A stretch of DNA of 64,000 nucleotides from Podarcis pityusensis (lineage: Eukaryota), in the NCBI GenBank assembly GCA_964106645.2, contig OZ067039.1; one strand, written 5' to 3'. Of this stretch, positions 1-14,070 are shown piece by piece. Below the pieces are notes generated by a model. The model did not search any database. It saw nothing but the letters and a program-made list of their open reading frames with translations, and had not been told where the DNA came from. Numbering within the stretch: position 1 is the stretch's first letter; the number at the start of each line of letters is the position of its first letter. A program made the position numbers and the translations under genes.

Positions 1-29
1 CTTGCTTGCTTGCTTGCTTGCTTGCTTGC
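1..29. repeat. (CTTG)n microsatellite
   Basis: direct reading. Confidence 0.95.
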
Positions 30-767
30 AACATTCTTAGGCTATCTTTAAGGATGGCACCCTCTCAAAGCAGCTTGCTGAATAAAATAATGTGTACCCT
101 CCCAGAAAAAACCAACCATGATTAACTTAGGTTCCTTAATTTCAGTGAGTCTACTCTGAGTCGGACTTAATTGGACACAACCTATCTAATATGAACTACC
201 ATTGTGCTCTAGCATTGCAAAATCAGTGGGAAGAACTGGAATCTATCCAAATCTTGTAACGAATTTTTAAGCTCTTGAACAGATTCCCATATCGGCATGA
301 GGATACTGTAATTTGTAGAGAAATGCAAACGGTGTAGAATGTTCTGTCCTCGTTTGCCATGATTATGGAAATTGCTGCCCAATGCTGTCTAGGATCCTGT
401 GATCCGCGTGTTGCATTTGCCCATGTCTCGGATGTACAGCGATTCATCTTGAGTCAGCCAACTAGATTCATAATTTGCATTCTCTTTCCAATATGCATCA
501 TGGTTAGGACTGATTTTACAGTTGGCATGGCTAAACTGCTATTTCCTCTGTCATTATTGGTGACTTCTGCTATGATGTGTCTCAAAACTTTAAAGGGCAT
601 TGCTTCATTAGCTGGGATATTTGTTCTATGTATTGGGAGCGCTGCAAGGAATGCTGAACGGTCAGGCAGCTAAAGCACCATCCTCATGTTTTGGGAGTAG
701 CAGCTGCCAAGCATCTGAAAGGAAGAAGCCATGGACATGGCTTTGATCTATAAAGTACTGGTTTTGA

Positions 768-1050
768 CCAGTAAAGCCCTGTATGCTTCAGAACCACAAT
801 AGTTAAAGGACTGCCTTTCTCCATAAAAACCTACCCAGACCTGAAATCAGCATCTGTGACCCCTCCAAGAGATGTCCAAAGGGTATTAACCAACAAAGGG
901 GCCTTTTCTGTGGTAGTTCCTTGATTATGAAATGCTGCCCTCCAAGGAAGCTCGCCTGGTGCCAACATTTTTATTTCCCCAGGCATGTGGATGATACAAG
1001 TGGTCTGGCTTTTAGGAGCTGTTTCTGCTGGATCTTCTTGCATTGGGTGT
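768..1050 (+). mobile_element. Degraded L2-type LINE 3' fragment
   Basis: aaagccctg..ggactgccttt..gggccttttctgtggt..tgccctcc motif order typical of reptile L2 ends. Confidence 0.5.
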
Positions 1051-1663
1051 GTCTGGATATTGTGTGTTTCAAGTAATTTTAGGTGGACACTTTAATATGT
1101 CTTTATTGTTTTTCTCAATATCTAATTACACATTTTTGCATTTCACTTTTTTATAAATTACTGTGGGACTCCTTTCACTTGAATGAAACAATAGGTACAC
1201 GAAATAGGTACTTGAAACAATAGATAAACGAAACTCAAAACTAAAGATGAGCTACACCCACATCAGAGTCCTCCCAAAGATAGATAGGAAACTGATCCTT
1301 TCATTACCTAGCCACAGGATGTCCTGATTCTTTTCCTGACTTTCTGCCAGGAAGCAGTGCATCATAGATAAGGGCAGGAGATCCTGGATGCCTGTGGAGG
1401 AGGCTGTGTGAATCTATAGTTCTGTGAAGGATATCAAGCTATCCTTGAACTCATTGGTTATTTGAATAGAATTATAGAATTTGAGGGACTTGAATGTTTT
1501 CCTTGCTTTTCTTTTTTGGAGTTTACGGTGGGAACACTACAAACTCTTTTCTTTCATAAGTCACCTGTAAAGTATTATAGCCAGCCTCTTTCCCACATGA
1601 CGTTAGCATGATATGCATCCAGAAGGTTAAACGTGGCTCTGTAAACTGTTCTGTTTCTCCCAG

Positions 1664-1870
1664 GAAGCCCCCTATGTGATGGAAAAGAAGACCAATGAGC
1701 CATTGCAAGGAAATTTGAGGTATGAAGGTTATTGCGTAGAGTTAGCTGCTGAGATCGCAAAACATGTTGGCTACAACTACAGCTTGCAGGTTGTCGCTGA
1801 TCGGAAGTACGGAGCACGAGATCCTGAAACTAAAATGTGGAACGGCATGGTCGGGGAGCTAGTATATGGA
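1664..1870 (+). CDS. GRIA1: GRIA1 coding exon, S1 ligand-binding segment (EAPYVM...[10 protein letters not shown]); CDS 5'-incomplete in window
   Basis: ttctcccag acceptor, GGA|gtaagt donor, 207 nt, phase 0/0; [18 protein letters not shown] is GluA1-type. Confidence 0.97.
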
Positions 1871-2559
1871 GTAAGTTTCTCTCACTCTCATCCTGTGGCT
1901 TAAAAACTGTAACAGCTAATGAAACAAGGACATCCCCAAGTGTATCATTAGATGAACACTGGAAATTTCAGATGATTTTGCATCAAGTCACTATCCATTT
2001 GTGTTCAGTTCCTGCACGGCTGATCATTATTCACCAATCACAGCAAGACAAATATTAAAATCAGTGCGAGTCAATGTGGTGTATCATTAATGATCCTGTG
2101 CAGTTGGCAAATAGCCACCTAAGTTGAACTATTTTCAGTCAACCGAAATTATTTGTGTCAACTATTTGTTAATAGCGAAGTATATCCTGATGAAAATAAA
2201 TGGTCAGGCACAGTGCCAGCAGGAAAGTCTCCTCTTTCGCTTTTGTAGTTAAGGCTTGTTACTATCATGTCATTTCTGAATGGCAACATTAAGTAAGGAA
2301 TTAAGGAATGGAGATGTCACAGGTAATAGATTGCAGCATCAGTTATGGAATCCTACCCATCAGTTGAAAGGTTTGTTAGGAAGGAAAAATACTACTATTT
2401 CCATTCTACAACACTTATTTAACATTCAGTTGTAAGGAAACCACTAAGCAGTTTCATACAAAATATGAAATATTAAAATTATTGAACAAAAAACTTAACA
2501 AGAAGTATTTTAAAATATTCAGAATGAATAGTTGCTAAAAAGAAATAAAATACCTGTAA

Positions 2560-2960
2560 CTTTTGCATGTCTGAATGGCCTTTCCTGAACAAAAATGTTT
2601 TAATCAGGTTCCAAAAAGGGTTCAGCAAAGGCACCTGCCTGATGTTGATAGGCAGGGAGTTCCAAAGTGCGGGTACTGCTATACCAAAAGATTTCTTACA
2701 AGTATGGAATGAGTATTATATGGCACCTGTAGCATTGCTAGTTCTGCAGATTGAAGTAGTCAAGTGAGCATACATGGGTAAGGCAATCCTGCAACCACAC
2801 TGTTAACTAACAGCAGCACCTTGAACTTGGCCCAGTAGCAAATGGGCGACCAATGCAGGTCTCAGAGAAGAGGTGTTATAATCTGATAGGGCCTCACTCC
2901 TTTCATCAACCCTGCTGCAGCATTCAGCAGCTTCTTGCTCAAGCACAAGGGAAGCCCCAC
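2560..2960 (-). mobile_element. Degraded L2-type LINE fragment
   Basis: ggcagggagttccaaag, agcaccttgaacttggcc, gctgcagcattc motifs. Confidence 0.5.
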
Positions 2961-3458
2961 ATTAGTTATCAATAATGATTAATAATAGGAAAGAAAATAG
3001 TACCAATCCACACTGGGATTATTTTTATTTAAAACATTACAGTAAGACAGGGTGGGCCAAGATGAGGCTTTGCAAATGACTACAACTCACATCATCCCTA
3101 ATCATGCTGTATTTTGGCCGATTGAAGCCCAGTAACTTCTGGAGAGATCCATGCTGGTTAGCCTGGCACAGAGATAAATGTCAACCCATCAAAAGAATCT
3201 GATAAAGAAAGAAGGCAAACTGAGGTTTCTGTACAAAATATAACCCGCACTTTTAAGCTTTTTCCAAACTGGCTTTAAAGAAAAATTCATTGTGTCTGAA
3301 AATCAATTTTCACAGAAGAAAACCAATATAACCCTGATACATATAAACGGAAAGTGAAAATATTATTTAATGCAAAACAAAACAACAACAACAATTTGGT
3401 AACAAAATCTTGAAACATTGGTGCATTGCAGATCTTCAAAACATTGGTCTCAGTTTAA

Positions 3459-4201
<743 letters not shown>

Positions 4202-4649
4202 CCAGTATAAAGTCAGAAGCCAAGAGATGTGTGATTAAGTTGAAGCAGGGTACTTGCTTCCTTAAAATGAAGAATGAGATTCTTGCATTGGTTGCACCTC
4301 CCACTTGCTCCACTAAGCAAACTAGAAACACATCCTTGCAGGGTGTTTCCTTTCTGCCTAGTTCCAATAGCCAGGCCTTTGATGAAGCCCTGTCAGCCGT
4401 CTTTAGGCAGTTGGTGGCAACCCATAGCTTAGAGCATTTATTGCGTTTCCTTTCTTCCTCATATGATAATCCTGTTGTGAGAGAGGGGGCTTAAAATAGA
4501 AAGAGCTTTGGAATTCCAGCTGCTACATTTCCCAACCACCTAGAGGTTTCGAGCTCAGCCCATTCAGAGGAGTTGGTGGTGGGCGGGTGACAGAAACAGA
4601 GAGGGGAAATGGCAGCCAGGAAATGGAAAGGGGAACTGAGGCTTAAGAA

Positions 4650-5220
4650 TAAGGTTGCCACCTCCCCCTAGAAAAACAGGATCACCCTGGTTTAGGAAAA
4701 AAATTGCCCTCTGTCTCATTTGGACTTCAAACAGGACACATTTTTTTCCTGTATATGAGCTTGACCAGCCCAAAATGGCAGTTGTGTCACTGTTGGTGTG
4801 GCTGACGAGGAGCTTGGCCTGGCGCAAGTGACAACAGAGAAGAGAGGGAAAGAGCAACCTCCTCTCCAGCCTTTGCCCTCTCCTCCATTCTTTCTCACTG
4901 GTACTCCTCATCAGCCACCGCCCTCCAGTCTAGCCACTGCTTAGCCCCATCTTCCACCCCAACCTGACTTCTCCCCCTCCATGCTTGATTCCCTTCCATT
5001 GCAAGCATGGGCAAGAGGCTAGCGCTGTAACTCAAGTCACCCATGGGAGCCAGCTCTCTATCCCTGGCCCCTGCCCATCTACATGAGTCAAGGGGGAGAG
5101 CAGGGCTGCAGTGGTGAGGGAGGCAGAAGGCTGAATGTGGCGAACCCCTCCCCACCCCTACCTGTCCTTTATTTTGCCTGACCTATCCTGTATTTTGTCT
5201 GATCAAAGATGGCAACCCTA
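4650..5220. mobile_element. Non-autonomous hAT-type element
   Basis: TIRs taaggttgcca / tggcaacccta; 8-bp TSD cttaagaa / cttcagaa (7/8 match). Confidence 0.7.
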
Positions 5221-6284
5221 CTTCAGAAGCAAGGATCCACCGAAGTGGTGGGTCTACTACCTCAGTTTCCCTGGCTCGGGCATTTTGGTGCAGAAGTTGA
5301 TGCAGGGTGCATTGATCTGGAGACTAAACCATTTAAAAATCCTGATGCAAATGGCAGTTTTAATAAAAATATTTATTTTGGGTCAATGCCATTTTGCTTC
5401 CCACTGCAACATTTCTTCATTTTTCCTTTTTGCTGTTGTTGATTTGTTTATAGTGTGTGTGGCAACAATGGGCAAATTCTACTTTCTGATTTCTAGGTAT
5501 ACTTGAAAATGCCTAAGAGAAAAGAGTATGATATTATTTATGTGGAATAGAAACATGCATTCTCCGTGCTTTATTCATAAGGCTGTCCAAGATGGGAATT
5601 TAGAGGGACACTGACAGATTCTCATTGTGTTTCCCTTCTTCAAGCACTACTTTTGAGTGTTGTGGGTGGAGGAAGTCTTGTAAAAAATTAAGTAGTTGAA
5701 CTGGTTAAAGAAGTCTCTCTGAAAGCAAGTACACTCTGCATAAATAAAACATATGTAGGCAATTTATTCATCTACTGCTGCTACTTGGCAGGCCAGGTGA
5801 AGACTGCAAACTTAAAGAGATCAGGAGAAAAAGAATCCGAGACAGTTGGTGCCTGTCTCACACACAATCCCATATGCTAGCATCTGTATGCTGTCTGAGC
5901 ATATTATACAATTATCCCAAGCAGATCATTAGTGGTTGGTTTCAGTTTCTTCCAGCTTGCCATGGAATTCCAGAAATAAATGTGGAATTTGGGCTATGGC
6001 TGGGCACAACTAATTGTGGAAAGTGGGTTCAGTAGGGTGGCTGTGTCTCCTGCTTTGCAGAGGACAGTCCTCTATTTGAGGGTTGCTTGGAAGAACCCTC
6101 TTTCCCCTGAGCACAGACACACATGCAGGCTCTGCAGAGTTTTACGGAGTTCTGCCCCCAAATTTGGTAGAATGCTTTATGCCATGGTATAGCTGAACAC
6201 CTGTATTCAAATATTTTCGATCCTCATGAAATCAAATGAGCATTCGTTGATGTCCCCCCCCCCCCATCATGGACTATTTAAAGG

Positions 6285-6415
6285 GGAGGTAGCCAAGAAG
6301 GTCCTCTCCAGATATTGTTGGATTCCACATTCCATCAGCCCCAGCTAGCATGGCCAATTGTTAGGACAACAGGAGCTGTAGTCCAACACCATCTGGAACT
6401 ATGGTGACTACTCCT
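6285..6415. mobile_element. Degraded hAT MITE (ctccagat..actacaactccc family)
   Basis: palindromic core similar to the copies at 22385 and 32912. Confidence 0.55.
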
Positions 6416-8244
6416 GGAATACATCAGCCCAAGACCTATTTGCTCAGTGTGACTGAAAGCTAACTGTACTTCTAGTATGAGGGAAAGATGGAACAGTAGA
6501 AGATGAAACCAAAAGATGAAATTACATCAACACATTTCATTATTGGTTCACAACCAGTAGCAAACCTCTGTTGATATGCCCTGGTTCTGAGCTGTTTGTT
6601 TTCTGCTAGACAAATTACTCATGAGAGACCAGGCAGTAGAGAAACAAAGACCTTGGAGACAATTGGGCAGCTGTAACATTTCTGATACTAATGGGTTTTA
6701 AAAGGTCATTGCCTGATTAATGTGCTCAAGATATTAGATATACCAGAATGAGTAAAGTTCTTGTTAGGATGGAGCACCAGCAAAGAGAGACAGAAAAGCT
6801 TTTACCACCCTCTCTTATCTTAGTCACATGTGTTGATTAGATTATTACAACTGATACAGCAAAATGAACTTAGTTTCGATCAGCATGTCATAGCTAACAC
6901 TTTATGAAGTCATGATGGAACAATTTAAAGACACTTGCATGAACTGCACTTCAACACTGGGCTGTGACAAATGGGCATGATGTTCTTCAAATCGGTGCAC
7001 TCATTTATTTAAGCACTTTGATTAAACCTGAGGGCAATTTTGAATCAAAGGGAACAAATTGTAATTGGTGAGACTAGGACTGAAGGGCAACCTTGTTTAT
7101 TTTATTAAAGTAATTTTGGTGCAGGTATATTACTGAATTAGTGAATATATTAGTGAATTGAAATGAAAATGTTAAAAATGGCCTTTCTGTTCAAATGAGT
7201 AGCTTTGTTTATTAAATGTAAATTTATCTCACACCTCCATCATCTTCCAAACAGCACCCAGATTGAGATTTTGCTGGTATACAACTTTAATTACATTTAT
7301 TAACTAATTGTCTGATGGTCAGGTTGAGGTTTGCTGATATGCACATTTAATTGATTGAGTGAAACCTAATGATTAATCAACTAAAAATTTAATCAGTGAA
7401 CAGCTTTAATTCAAAAATCTAAAATAATTAAAATCAACACAGTAGGTCCCGTTAGCACTTTTTAAACTCACATCTCCATTTCACTTAACCCCAGGCCATA
7501 ATAATATATACATCCCAAATAGAATTGCCCAGTTGTAACAGTTCCTAAAATAGTTGTCTTTAGAGTACATGTCCAAAGACAAGGGTCAGTATAAATTCAA
7601 ACACATTCACTTTGCATGAACCCTAGCATCAAAGACTAATTCATTGTGGGTATTTGATATGGTAAGTTGATGTAAGACAGCCTCTACTATCTATACATTT
7701 GAAGGATGTGATGCAGTGCAATTCAGATCCTGGCCTCCCAGATCTTAGTGTGGCACTCTAACCACTGCACCAGACTGGCCCACATTTGTCCCCACTTCAA
7801 TGTGTGAATTAGCCATCAAACACCATAGGTTCTGCTATTGCACTACAACAATTCAATCACAGCAGAGTTTAATGGAGGCAGTTAATATATCCATCTGGGA
7901 GCCATTGAACTGGTTCCCCTCATATGGTGGAGAATCAGGCATGCACAACACACAAGTAATGTAACATAATGCAAATGTCCCACGCATAGGCCCAAACGTG
8001 GGTGGGAACACACAGTGTCTTATGATCCTATGCACATACCACATGCATCTTACTGTGTAGAATGGGGCATGTCTGCTTCTCTACCATTCAAAGAGGCTCC
8101 TCGTCTAGATGAGCATGTGAACATGGTCACCAATTGATGTGTGGTGAAAGAGCATCACATCTAATGTGAGGCCTTCCTTGCCATCCCCAGAGCATCCAGT
8201 ATCTTATTCTTTCCCAGGGTTCTAATCCTGCTTTTTCCAGGCTT

Positions 8245-8365
8245 TGGGCCAGTCACTGCCTCTCAGCCTAACCTACCTCAGAGTTGTTGTGGGGATTAAA
8301 TGCGGAGGCGGATGCCACTTTGAGCTCCTTAGAGAAAAAGGTGGGATATAAATGCAGTAAATAAA
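8245..8365 (+). mobile_element. Old Squam3-like SINE 3' half
   Basis: ttgggccagtcac..tctcagcctaacctacctca..gttgttgtgggga..aataaataaat. Confidence 0.55.
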
Positions 8366-8954
8366 TACTAGTAGTCATGCCTCATTAGGCCGATACTGAA
8401 GATGTGTCAACTCATGTATTTTGCATCGCTACAGACATCATTTTTAAATAAATAAATCTTGCTTTACCAAAAGATAACCTACTGTAATATTTTTATTTAC
8501 CACTATGAGCCCAAAATACAAAGACTACAAACAGAAGATACAAGACCCAGGGTATCTTTCTGGATGCCACTTACTAGCTCTACAGCCTGCTTTATCTCAT
8601 GGCAGGAGTTCCTGGATAAAAGCCCAGGGCCTCTGTTAAGCACAAGGTCAAAGCTATTTATTTTATTCACGCTGACATCAAGTCAAATACAGTGTGCTTT
8701 CAATGTACTGCTTTTTTAAAATGACAGAAAAGTACTCAAACTGAGAATAACAGAGAAGCATGGCTGAGTCTGTGGGCATTTTCAACACCACGTGAATAGG
8801 CAGGGTGCAGAGGGAGGAGAAAAGCATCAGAAGCATCAGAAAATAATGAAACCCCTCCTCAGACACGTAAATGGAGCTCCTTGTCAGGAACAGTTCCCCA
8901 TGTGCTGAAGCATCAAACTGCAGGGGGCAGATTTTCAAGGGAGTACCTTCAGGC

Positions 8955-9045
8955 CCTAGGTCATTACTACTGACCATTGGCCATGCTGGCTGAAGCAGAT
9001 AGGAGCTGTAGTCCAGCAACATTTGGAGGGCAACACCCTGCCCTG
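8955..9045. mobile_element. Partial hAT MITE
   Basis: ttggccatgctggctg..ggagctgtagtccagcaacatttggagggc. Confidence 0.5.
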
Positions 9046-9704
9046 GGCTGACTCCACCCAAACTGTTGGATCCTTCTGGACAGACAGAAATATAAAGGGC
9101 TTCCTGTTGCTGTTGAGATTTGCTTGACCAACATAATCTTCCTGAGCTCTGGTGTGTTTGTGAATCGTTCTGGTTTACTCTTCAAGTCTGTCTTTTGGGT
9201 CGTACAGTCTTTACTTGCTCTTTGACCTTTTGTCCTTCTGTCCTGATTTCTGGCTTTTCACACAGATTCTGGCTCATCACACCTTGCTTTCCCATGCCCC
9301 AGAGAAGATTCAGGGGGAGAAGACAGGAAGTAGAAGCCTTTCTAAGAGTGTGGGAGTTAGTTTGAACAGTGTTGAATGCTGCTCTGATTATTTTTCAGAG
9401 AAAATTTCTTTCCCACTAGGATTGCTAATATATTATTGAAAACTAAAACTAGAAAATAATATACCCAGCTACTCTGCAGGCTCTTGATTTTTTTTGTTTA
9501 GCAACACATAATTATATGTGTATCTTTTATTCATTTAGGTTTTCCATGCCTGGATATGCCATATGCCCAATCAGTGCTCCCCCCCACACACACATTTATA
9601 CACACACACACACTGCAAAGTCTGAATAACCTGCTAAGTACAGTATCAACACATTTACAATAAAACCAACAAAGCATTAAAAATGTTTTCAATATGCAAG
9701 GTCA

Positions 9705-9802
9705 CAAAATCACAAAGTTGGATCATATGGTCCAACCCAACATGGGACTTGAACCCAGAACCCTGAGATTAAGAGTCTCATGCTCTACCAACAGAGCTAT
9801 CC
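9705..9802 (-). mobile_element. tRNA-Lys(CTT)-headed SINE (Squam2-like), internally deleted
   Basis: reverse complement reads ggtagagcatgagactcttaatctcagggtt..ggttcaagtccc then a remnant CR1-like tail; D-stem broken. Confidence 0.7.
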
Positions 9803-12494
9803 CTCAGGACAGCATTAAAATAAAATATTGTTTTCAATAATATTAGCCTACACAACCTTATGTCCCTCATGCCCTGCCTGTTTAAATTGCACCATGTTTA
9901 GAAAAAGTGCATTTGATTTTTCATGTCGCCAAAGAAAACCCACAAGCACACACCTTCCTGCCTACTCACCGTGCCTAAATACTGAAAAGTTTGGAAACAT
10001 TTGTGGAGACATGTTGATTCTTATTCCCAGTCAAACACAGAATAGGAGGAATTTAGTTGTATAAGGAGGAGGAGCAGCTTGGGAGAGCCTGCAATATCTC
10101 TAAAGGGGCAATTGATGATTGATGGTGATTCAAAGGAAGGACTCCATCATGCCCTAAGTAATTGGTGTCAGAGGTTCTCAGAAAAGTAGAGGGACAGCAC
10201 TATATAAGTGTGCAACTGCTGGCTGACCCAGGAATAAAACTCTTCAAAGTACACCGTAAATATATCATTTGCTCTTGGTGGACTGGATGCCAGACAGAAT
10301 GACTGTAATGAAATACACATCCCACTGAAGCTCGGAATCGATCACTCTGAATACACTATTTTTCTCTGCTACTGGGCTACAAATAATGATGTCTACAAGA
10401 TATGTCCAAGTAAAAGTGCTATCTATCTGGTCAGTGGATGGCATTCTGCATTTATATCTATCCTTCCCTTGTCAATGTGGACTCATCAGACCATCGATCT
10501 CTCTGTACAAAGTTAGATTCTGGTTAGTGGCCAAAAACACATCTGAGTGATTTCCTTCCATTGATGTCTTCCTACTTTGCAAGGTAGAGTGCCTGAAAGA
10601 AGATAAAGAGATGTCAGGCATCCTGAACTCCATTCCTGGTGAATAGTCTCTTCATCAGCACAAGTGGCAAAGTAATCCCTTTGTCTTTGGTGGGTTGGGA
10701 CCAACCCACAAATGGCTTTACAATCCAACCTAATCAAACCAGTATATCAAACCAGTGGCACCAGATCCATTTCCTTTTGCTTTTATTGGTTTCTTTTTAA
10801 AGACAGAGTGATATGTTGGTAGGTAGTTGTGCAGAAGAAAATATTTCCCACCACTGTGCCAAGCAACATCAGTCACTATACCCTATTCTATACCTAGGAG
10901 GGGGAGAAAGATAAATAGGTACGGGGAGGGGATGGATACTGGACATGGTGGCTAGATTTGGGTCCCATGTTGCAGTTTGTCTTTAAATGTACATCCTGAA
11001 TTCAAAACAGTTGAAGACTATCTGAGTGATTCATCAGCTGTGTGACATTGTTGTGTGGACTTTATGGGTTCCCTCTTAGACTAACCAATGAAATAAAGGT
11101 TATTTTCCCCATCCCTTTTTATTTGCAACGGCCTCTCCCTAAAAGTGTCCAGAAGGATGTACCTACCACTTCTGGGAGGAGAAGCGCTCCCCATTCTTGT
11201 CATTCACTGCAACAAGCAAGTCCTTTTCTTCAAACTCTTGTGCGTAACATACAGGTAGCTAGAAAGTCTTTAGGGTTGCTGAAAATGCTATAACTGAAAT
11301 CAAAACTAAGTTGTATCAAGCCTCAAGAAGATGCAAACAATGTATGTTTACATCCGCTGGTGTCAGTAACTCTCATTCCCTATTCCTTGATAGCTCCAGT
11401 GGGAACAAATGATTCCCAGAAAGGGAATCTTCTCAGCCATGAAGAACCTACAGGGTTGTGGTGAGGGAGCAGAAGAACTATATCACTTGAACTCATTGGC
11501 CGGAGGGTGGGAAATAAATTACATTCATCCTTTAAACAGAATATTTCCCACCCGACCATCAGCAGAGCATCAGCAGTGAAGGGACAGTTGCAACTGTTCC
11601 TGCAGCTGCATCACCAAATGGAGCCCCGTGGGTAGCATGCCTCCTTTTTTATCTGTGGACCTCCTTCTGTGTCCACAGAGAGGGAGGTCTGCAATATCTT
11701 GTAAGATCCTTAGGCTTGTGCCCTTATGGCAGCTTTTGTGTTAATGAATTATATATTTGTTGTTGTTGTTGTTGTTGTCGTTAATGAAATCTATATACCA
11801 CCCTTCAAAGATCAGAGGGCGGTCATTTCTTGTTGACAGCCAGCTTCAGAAGTTTGCTATAGGCAACCTAGAAATGATGTGCTAAACAAATAAAGCATTC
11901 CTTTGTGTGATTGTAAGAGTTCACCAAGGGTTGCTTCAAGGACAGTTCTTCTGATATTGAAATAATTGTGTTTTTAAAGTCGGAATTACCTCTGCATAAT
12001 TGGCTTAATAGTGTATTACCTGTTCAGCAATGAGAAGTATTGAATTACAGCATCACCAACTAATTCATTGCCTTGGTTATCAATGCCCATTGGAAGGAAG
12101 AAAAATGGGGAGGGGAACTGAATTTTTAGTTTGGAGAATTGTGAAACTTGTTTAATTAGAAATTTGCTGTGAATAATTGATCTAAGCAACAACATTGCAG
12201 ACTGGGTTGGGGGAAGATTTTTTTTAAGGTCTGAAATAAATATAATGTTGCCTGTTTCCCCATCACCACCACCATACCCAAAAGTCAAGATAAATGAGCA
12301 GACGTGCAATCGCTTTTCATTTCATCTTCCCTGCTGCTGCTGTGATCTCAAGATGTGATGCTAGTGCAAATGAAGTTTCCATAAATGGTCCCCCAGTTGC
12401 TGCTTTTATTGCCTGGTTCATTCTATTTGGGCTGCAAACTTCAACCAGTCAAATGTCTCATAAGTGTTTGAGGTTATTTTGCTTCAGAGCATAA

Positions 12495-12549
12495 AGAACC
12501 AGAACCAGAACCAGATGATAGATGATAGATGATAGATAGATAGATAGAT
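12495..12549. repeat. (AGAACC)3 + (GATA)n
   Basis: direct reading. Confidence 0.9.
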
Positions 12550-12988
12550 TTAATGTGCAACAAACACTTACATAGATACCAGTACGCCTGGTCACAAAAA
12601 CGGAGAATTGCTTAGCTGGGTTTAGACTTTCCGAAACTGGGGATTGCAGAGTGTGTTTGTGCAGTTTACATTGCCTTTTCTCTCCTGCCAGACATGCAAA
12701 AGTGTATGTAAGATTGTGCATACAAATGTGTAAAAGACCTAGGTTTCCATGTCGTCACTTTGAGAGAACCCAGTTTTCAATGGACAAATGTTCTAGTACT
12801 GATAAATGTGCACATGGCAAGGTCCCTCCATTAGACAAAATGAAAGGACAAGGCAAATGATGTCCTCTGCACATACAAATGTGACACGTTAAGAGACAAG
12901 AGTGCTTGCTTAATTTTTAATATGGAGACATATTCACATATGCAGTCTGAAATGCACAGTTCAGGATAAATAATTCTCTTGTTCATAT

Positions 12989-13781
12989 TGGCATGAGTTT
13001 GTAGGCAGGGTTAGACTCCCCTGTAATTATTGGATTTAGTAAAAGCGAATCTGGGTTCAATCAAAAACTGTGCCAAGTGCTGAAGCCCCTGGATTAAGTT
13101 CATGCTAACAACACAATTCAGCTTTCTCATCAGGTAATCAGTGATAGTAGCTGAGTGATTAGCCTAACGAAAGGAAAATAGATTGGGCCCTCCAGAGATT
13201 CATTGTGAGACAGCAAGATGGGTGAAGCCTCTCTGGGCCCTGGTTTTACACAGTAACACAAAAGGTCACTAGCTTTGGTGCAGGACTACAGTTTGCCTGA
13301 TAAGCGATGGGGGGGGGTGAGAGTGTTGTTTTGCAAGAGGCCTGAGTAGCGGGGGACTCAGAGGAAAGATCTTTTGAGTATGTGAAATGGGGGTTGCCTG
13401 GGGCTGGTGACGTAAGCGAAAGACAAGGCGTTGTTTTTGCAAGGGGTTCTGGGAAGAAAAGGGAGTAAGGAGCAGAATGCAGTGTGGGTTCTGAGGGGAA
13501 GGAGACATAACTACATAGTGCAGGCAGCATGGCTGATTCCTCTGCTTGTAGGTCCACACTTGTTGCTCTTGGGAGAGCAACAAAGGACTCTCTTATGATG
13601 CGAAAGCTGGGGACTTTCTCCATCCAGACGCAGGGTGTAAATATGTGTAAATAAACCATATTTCATAAAGACACTGCAATCTCCGCTGTGCCTAATTTCC
13701 AATGGAAACTCAAACTCCGAGTGTCTGGAACCCCCTGGAAACTTGTCACAGCTCGGCGGAGATTGGAGATGGCGAGTAACA
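12989..13781 (+). mobile_element. Probable solo LTR (~793 bp)
   Basis: TG...CA ends flanked by ATAT (12985-12988 and 13782-13785); internal AATAAA at 13650; left boundary uncertain. Confidence 0.5.
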
Positions 13782-14001
13782 ATATGTTTCAGCTCTCAGA
13801 CACACTGGTACTCTTTCTCCATTACTGATCTTGTAGCAAAAGATCAGGCTATGTGTACTAATTGGAAACACTTTATATTAGTGAGTTTGATATGGTTGCC
13901 AGATGCCCCTTACTTTTAATAGGTTACATTGTTATAGCCGCATATCACACAATAAATGTCTAAAGCTTCATTAAGGACATGAAAAGTCAGACAAAAAATA
14001 T

Positions 14002-14070
14002 TGTGGCCTCTTAAAGACTAACTAATTTATTACGACATAAACTTTGTGGGCTACAGTCTATTTCATCAAA
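14002..14070 (+). mobile_element. Penelope-like fragment
   Basis: gtggcctcttaaagactaac..aaactttgtgggctac..ttcatca, similar to the insert at 61842. Confidence 0.5.

Noticed and set aside
9736-9802. Functional tRNA-Lys(CTT) gene
   Set aside because: Broken D-stem and acceptor stem, attached CR1-like tail and no Pol III terminator: it is a SINE head
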